Source: Podarcis muralis (taxonomy: Eukaryota). From it: 64,000 nt of DNA. The notes under the pieces were generated by a model. It had not been told where the DNA came from, did not search any database, and worked only from the letters and a program-made list of their open reading frames with translations. Position 1 is the first letter of the stretch. Each line of letters begins with the position of its first letter. The translations under genes were made by a program, and so were the position numbers. The stretch covers positions 81,406,001 through 81,470,000 of the forward strand of contig NC_135655.1 in the NCBI RefSeq assembly GCF_964188315.1, given 5' to 3'. Shown here one piece after another: positions 58,226-64,000 of this stretch.

Positions 58226-59179
58226 ATGCTCCAGGGGAACTGCACTGCAGTGCTGGACTTCATGCTGTTGGCTTTCCCCACCCAGCCAGAGTGTCAGATC
58301 TTACTTTTCCTGGGCATCAGTGTGATCTATGCTGCCATAATCACAGGTAACGTCCTCATTATGGTAGCTATCTGGGGCAACCCTCACCTACACACTCCCA
58401 TGTACTTCTTCCTGGGGAATCTCTCTGTGGTTGAGCTTTGCTACACAGCAGCTGTAGTCCCACAGATGCTGCTGACCAGCTTGCAGGAGAGGAAGTCCAT
58501 CACTTTTAGAAGTTGCTGTGCTCAGATGTTCTTCTTCATTGGACTGGGCAGTGCCGACTGCTTCTTACTGGCCATCATGGCATATGACCGCTATGTAGCC
58601 ATTTGCAAACCCTTGTACTATACCCTCATCATGACGCAGCAGCTGTGCATTCAGCTAGTGGCTGCCTCCCTGCTGATTGGTTTCTTGATTTCATTCATTC
58701 TGGTGTGGCTGGTCTTCCACCTCCCCTTCTGTGGCGAGCATGGAATTGAACACTTCTTCTGCGATGTGCCACCTGTATCAAAGCTCACCAGTAACAAGAC
58801 CAAGCTCGATGAGGCTGGGGTGTTCCTCAGTGGGATAACGGCCATCGCTGTACCCTTCATATTGATCTGCGCCTCTTACCTTTTCATCGCTGTTACAGTG
58901 CTGCGGATCCATTCTGCAGACAGTCGCCGAAAAACCATCTCCACTTGCTCCTCCCACTTAGCTGTGGTGGCCCTGCAGTACGGTTGCTGCAGCTTCATGT
59001 ACCTGCGCCCAAGCTCCAGCTTTTCTCCAAAGCAGGACCAGATGCTATCAATGGTGTACACTCTGGGTACACCGCTACTTAACCCCATCATATACAGCCT
59101 GAGGAACAGAGAGATGAAAGTAGCCCTGAGGAAAGTCATCAGACACCGAATCTTCCAAAGGGAATCTGAATGCCACTAA
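58226..59179 (+). CDS. OR10W1: Olfactory receptor, family 10, OR10W1-like (317 aa, intact)
   Basis: OR motifs plus LGSADCFLLA, GIEHFFCDVPPV, QYGCC.FMYL.PSSS..PKQD and VYTLGTPLLNP, which match OR10W1 as I recall it; acceptor AG at 58204-58205. Confidence 0.85.
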   Translation: MLQGNCTAVLDFMLLAFPTQPECQILLFLGISVIYAAIITGNVLIMVAIWGNPHLHTPMYFFLGNLSVVELCYTAAVVPQMLLTSLQERKSITFRSCCAQMFFFIGLGSADCFLLAIMAYDRYVAICKPLYYTLIMTQQLCIQLVAASLLIGFLISFILVWLVFHLPFCGEHGIEHFFCDVPPVSKLTSNKTKLDEAGVFLSGITAIAVPFILICASYLFIAVTVLRIHSADSRRKTISTCSSHLAVVALQYGCCSFMYLRPSSSFSPKQDQMLSMVYTLGTPLLNPIIYSLRNREMKVALRKVIRHRIFQRESECH

Positions 59180-59745
59180 ACTTCATGCATTGCGGGCTGG
59201 TGGTCACAAGTTTGCTTGACCTCTTTTTATGGAGAAATCACTTCTAGGCCCCAGAGGAGGACCAACATGTGTTATCTCAGCCAGCCTAAGCAGCTTCTGG
59301 GTAACTTAGAGCAATATTTTGATGGGTGCTTCCAGACAGAGGCTTAATGATGCAAATGGACCATTCAGATATTGGCAATTGTCTGTTGTTGTTGTTTTAA
59401 CTTATCAGATTTCCCCCCAAAAAAGAGTAAATCTGAATTAAAGGGCACTTTGGTGCTGATAATGTCATGTGATCTCTACAAAATACTTTACATGCATGAG
59501 CTGTACCCAACCCACAGTTAACACCCATCTGTGTGCTCTCAAGGTAGAACTATACTAAGATGAATTTTGCATGCTGGACTAAAAAGGTCTTCAGTCAGCT
59601 CTAGCAGAACTCAACTTGAATTCAATTAGAAACAAAGAGGCTTTTCTTCTGTGAACACAATTTCTGGGAACAGGGTTATCCGTGTGGGTTGCCCCAAGGC
59701 AGTAACTGAAAGAGTGTTGAAACCCCACGACACTGCTGTATCCCA

Positions 59746-59975
59746 ATAATAATAATAATAATAATAATAAAAATTTGTACCCCACCCATCTGGCTGGGTT
59801 TCCCCAGCCACTCTGGACAGCTTTCAACGGAACATTAAAAACAGAATAAAACTTCAACATTAAAAACTTCCCTAAACAGGGCTGCCTTCAGCTGTCTTCT
59901 AAAAGTCAGATAGACAGGAGGGCGTTCCACAGGGCGGGCGCCACCACCGGGAAGGCCCTCTGCCTGGTTCTAAGA
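59746..59975 (-). mobile_element. L2 3' fragment (related subfamily)
   Basis: CCCATCTGGCTGGGTTTCCCCAGCCACTCTGG tail and GGGCGTTCCACAGGGCGGGCGCCAC body. Confidence 0.8.
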
Positions 59976-60344
59976 AACCAGGTCGGAAGGGGCGACTCAT
60001 CTTCATACAGTATCCCCCTCCTAGCCAGAGGGCAAAGCACTCCTGTGTGTGAAAAGAACAATAGACTGCAGCTGAAACAAAGAGCTTGGTTGGGGGCTCT
60101 GTAAGTGTATAAAGATCTGAGGCCATTGGCTGTCTTTCTTGGAGATCTGCGAGGTTCAGTTCTCTGTCAGAGTGTTTAATCTGTCTGGCTCCACCTGTGC
60201 TCAACATGTATATTTGTAACTAAACACAAATATTACAAAATGTCAAATAAGCTTTCAGCGGCCTCTTTCCCAAGTAAACCAAACCCAGATAAAATCTGAA
60301 CCTTTAGTACTACTCATTGTTCAGGGAAATGAAGTGAACATAAC

Positions 60345-60484
60345 GATCTATCAGTCAGTAGGGCAAAAATACTCTTAATCTCAGAGTCGTGGATTTGACC
60401 CCCATGTTGGGTGAAAGATTCCTACATTTCATGGGGTTTAGCTAGATTATTCTTGTGGTCCCTTCCAACTCTATGGTTCTATGA
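60345..60484 (+). mobile_element. tRNA-Lys-derived SINE with CR1-type 3' tail
   Basis: ACTCTTAATCTCAGAGTCGTGG tRNA-Lys-like head followed by GTCCCTTCCAACTCTATGGTTCTATGA. Confidence 0.75.
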
Positions 60485-62217
60485 AAGACACAAAGTTCCC
60501 CATTCTGCATTTTCCTCATAAGGCAAGCACATCATTTTTGTTGGTTCAAGAGGGGAAAAAGTAGTATTAAAAAATGAGAATTCCTGGATTCTAGGATCCA
60601 AGTTTGGGGCATGACTAATTGGCACCTCTGTGTCACTTATAGTGTCTTGTTTGCCCCTTAGGCAAAGCTCTCTCACTAGGCTACTCTCAGCTGAAAATAA
60701 AATTGTGTATTTGTGAGTCCTACGGAGCCCATGGGATAGGGTAGGAAAGAAATAGTTATGAATTAGAAGTTATTTAAATTGCTCCCATCAGCAATAGCTT
60801 TCTATAGTGAAGATGATCTAGGTCGAAGTGATACGTTTAAGTCAAGAAAACAGTATTAAAGAATTCCCAGGAGCAGCTAAGATTAAAAAACAAACCTATT
60901 TGTAGTTCTTTGTTATTATCTTCCTTCACTTCCTACTCACTGCAAAAAGTGCTAATTTAGGTGGAAGGGATGTTGATGTGCAAAAGTGGCCTGGGACCAC
61001 TGGTGAAAAGAAGGATCACATCACGTGCAGATCACCAACAACATGCCGTTTGCCATCCATATTTACACACATCCAAAAACATCTTGAGAGTTCTGGCAAA
61101 ATGTGTGATTAGTTCCACTATGGAAGTAATACTGAGCTCTGCTGGTGAAGTCAAGCACAGAAGGCAGAGGACAGACTTGCACGTTGTGGAAATAGCAGGC
61201 GACCTCTGCAGCAAGGGTAGAAGCAATAGCCTTTTCCAACTGGCGTCATGACATTTCTTGGGAAGAGATTGGCACTGCAGCTCAACCCGTGCTTAGCAGC
61301 ACTTCCAACATAACACTTCAGAGATAAGCCTCTGAAGACCCATGTCTTACATTGTGTACAAGTCTTACTTAGGAATGGTTATATCTCCATCTGTCTCATT
61401 GCAAAGAAAAAGAAAAAAGGAACTCGTATAACCTGTGGTTGGTTTCTGAATTCACCTCTGCAGTGATACCCATGTAGATATTGTTTTTAAGTGACACTTT
61501 CATACATAACACATATTTAAAGTAATATAAGAAGCCTCTATGGGTGTACTTGGAAAAAACAGAACATATTTCGCTCAAAAGAAAGCATTCTCTGACCAGG
61601 GACTTGGCCTTTCTTCTCCTAGGAAATAAGCACTGGGAGAAAGACAAGATGCAAGAATTACAGAGGATTGGGCCCAAGGGGCACACGTTGAAGTAAGAAT
61701 AATAAGATGAGATAATAACAGCTATTCTTTTAAATTACAATAATCTCTATGCAAAGGTCTAACTTGTTGAGAAATAGAGGGCTAGAATGGTGCTATAGGG
61801 TGCACCATATAACTTCAAAAGAAGTCCTTGAATATTTTCATCTTGAAATTCAGAGCAGGTAACATTAGCACAAGAGGAGGTGATATGTATAATAAAGTGT
61901 TCAGGAAACTTAGGGGTGACAAAAATGTAGGTGTTGGTCTAGCAATGGTGCCTTGATGATAAAAGATGTCTTGAATGCAACTGTCTTACCTGTGCCAGGC
62001 TAAAATGGTTTACCTGCTAAGCTACTCATGGACACCAACAGTGAAAGTTTCTCTTCAAACTTCCACCTGTTCTGTTTTCATAAATGCCAGCTGCATGCTT
62101 ATCTCAATCTCAAGCCTTGCTCAAGACAGAGGTGACTTCACCGCCCAGGAGCATAATCTGGTGCTCTCATGAGCTTCTACTACTATTAGATATTTTGCCC
62201 CAGCATATGACATTTCG

Positions 62218-62341
62218 AAGCTACAAACATGAGTCTGACCAAACTGCGGGAGGCAGTGGAACACAGGAGTGCCTGGCGTGCTCTGGTCCATGGGGTCATG
62301 AAGAGTTGGACACGACTAAACGACTAAACAACAACAACAAC
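62218..62341 (+). mobile_element. RTE/BovB 3' fragment with (CAA)n tail, TSD ATGACATTTCG (62207-62217, 62342-62352)
   Basis: GGTCCATGGGGTCATGAAGAGTTGGACACGACTAAACGACTAAACAACAAC is the BovB-type 3' end. Confidence 0.9.
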
Positions 62342-63328
62342 ATGACATTTCGCACACATCCTTTCCTATGTCAGTGTGCTATTTTATTTATTTTATTGTA
62401 TAGTTAACTTTTGTTTTCGTTTTCCTAAATAAAATTTACTTTCGGCTTTTCCCTTCATTATTACTGAATCTCACGGCAACCTTTCTACCTTCTATGTACA
62501 CATCTAGGGATGGGGGACAAGTTCAATTCAGTTAACATTTAAAGGTGAACCTATGTCATCTGCTTGCTCCAAAAACCATACAAGAACCAAAACATCCTTC
62601 AAAATTCAAATTTCTCTGAATTCTGCAGTGCAGTTCCCCAGCCAAATAATGTGTCCCAAAATGCACAGACTAGGATAAAATGTCCACAAAACAGGCATAT
62701 TTTGTTGAAAATAACATACAAGAATGCATTATTTTAGGGGGAAATGCTTTGCAAAAATGTGCCTGTTCAGCCAAATTTAATACAAACATGTGCATATTAG
62801 AAGAAGGTTGTGCCAAGATGCTGTTGAATTTTCATGAGGACTTTACAAAGACTTATAGGAATAGGGTGGTCAACTGAACTGCATGGTTGCATCCAGTGCC
62901 ACTTCAATCAAGTTTGAATTGAGAAAACCAGCTGTGAAGGATATATGGTATTCCTCTCACTAATATAATGCGCACCAAGGGAAAGCTGGGCCTGGCATGA
63001 ATACAGGCACACCACTACTACATGCATTCCACTCACGCGCCACTGCATTTATGTGAGCTGCTGCGAAGTAAATAAATTGGCCTTCCCTCAGGATTGCTGC
63101 CCAAGCAAGGGATGGCAGCCTTTGATTGACCAGTGACACAGGCCAGGAGGTGCCTTCTCCCTGCCTCCACCACACGTTTGCGCCCCCATCCTGGCACCAG
63201 TTCTGCTGGCTGCCCTTCTTGGCCCTCACCCTCTGGGGCCAGCCACCACCACTATGTGCACTGGCTGCCCTCAGGTAGGCAGGCTCAGGACAGGACAGTC
63301 AGCGTCCCCAAGCAATTTCCAGGGTTGG

Positions 63329-64000
63329 TGTCAGGCTTCAGGGAATTGGCTTCCTCCCCTGTGGCAGTAGATAGGCAGAACAAAGGAAAATGAGTCTTCT
63401 TACCAGTTAGAAACTTTAATAATCCCAGCGAGAGAACAAAGAACACATCTCCTAGACATGGTGGTGCTCCCAATCAAGGATCCCATCCCCTTAAAGTAAA
63501 GGTAAAGGGACCCCTGACCATTAGGTCCAGTCATGACCGACTCGGGGGTTGTGCGCTCATCTCGCTCTATAGGCTGAGAGAGCTGGCGTTTGTCCGCAGA
63601 CAGCGTCTGGGTCATGTGGCCAGCATGACTAAGCCGCTTCTGGCGAACCAGAGCAGCACACGGAAACGCCATTTACCTTCCCGCCGCAGCGGTACCTATT
63701 TATCTACTTGTACTTTGACGTGTTTTCGAACTGCTAGGTGGGCAGGAGCAGGGACTGAGCAACGGGAGCTCACCCCATCGCGGGGATTCGAACTGCCAAC
63801 CTTCTGATCGGCAAGTCCTAGGCTCTTTGTTTTAACCCACAGCGCCACCCGCGTCCCATCCCCTTACGTCCCTATTAATCTACGTCATTTCTATGTCTTG
63901 CAATCGGAGCTTGTACCCTCTGTGCTTTGTGTGCTTTCTGTTCTGCCACTTTCTGAGCTCTTCTTGACCTTGGGGGAGAGCGGAGGAATGCTTCCCAGAG
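63329..64000 (-). mobile_element. Second family-A LTR copy, interrupted by a Sauria SINE, truncated by the window edge
   Basis: Colinear with 36436-36723; ends ...GAAGCCTGACA on the minus strand. Confidence 0.82.
63494..63857 (-). mobile_element. Full-length Sauria SINE inserted in a solo LTR; TSD TCCCATCCCCTTA (63481-63493, 63854-63866)
   Basis: Exact direct repeat; the paralogous LTR near 36585-36602 shows the empty site. Confidence 0.93.

Noticed and set aside
60345-60415. tRNA-Lys gene
   Set aside because: Degenerate head joined to a CR1-type tail; SINE
1-64000. CRISPR array, rRNA, endogenous viral (non-retroviral) ORFs, CNTF
   Set aside because: No spacer-repeat array, rRNA similarity or viral protein motif seen. 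CNTF is expected 3' of ZFP91, beyond the left edge.

Overview
Vertebrate genomic DNA from a squamate reptile. The Sauria-SINE, BovB, young L2 and MITE content points to a lacertid lizard (inference). Genes: the 5' seven coding exons of ZFP91 (minus strand, CpG-island promoter at ~8.6-10.15 kb, gene continues off the left edge); the complete 9-exon leupaxin gene LPXN (plus strand, head-to-head with ZFP91, 393 aa, LD motifs + 4 LIM domains); two tandemly duplicated OR10Q1-like olfactory receptors; and one OR10W1-like receptor. All listed exons were checked by hand for AG/GT borders and phase. Most of the rest is transposon-derived: an intact, apparently full-length single-ORF L2 LINE, a young 5'-truncated L1 with a 19-bp TSD, Sauria/BovB/tRNA-derived SINEs, hAT and Tc1/mariner MITEs, CR1 fragments and solo LTRs, often nested. 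The best candidate for something undescribed is a set of three solo-LTR-like elements from two dissimilar families. In the two copies whose 5' end is in the window, a reading frame opens at LTR nucleotide 2 without an ATG. It encodes an acidic Trp-rich segment, then Pro-rich, SPRSRR, K..EQ and a basic tail, as if an internal ORF reads through into the LTR. Other leads: probable gene conversion between the OR10Q paralogs with differences concentrated in TM3-5, tandem 5'UTR monomers with antisense splice donors in the L2, a ~220-nt fold-back in LPXN intron 2, and PU.1/IRF and RUNX/AP-1 motifs around LPXN. Gene and repeat names rest on my recall of family sequences, not on database searches.
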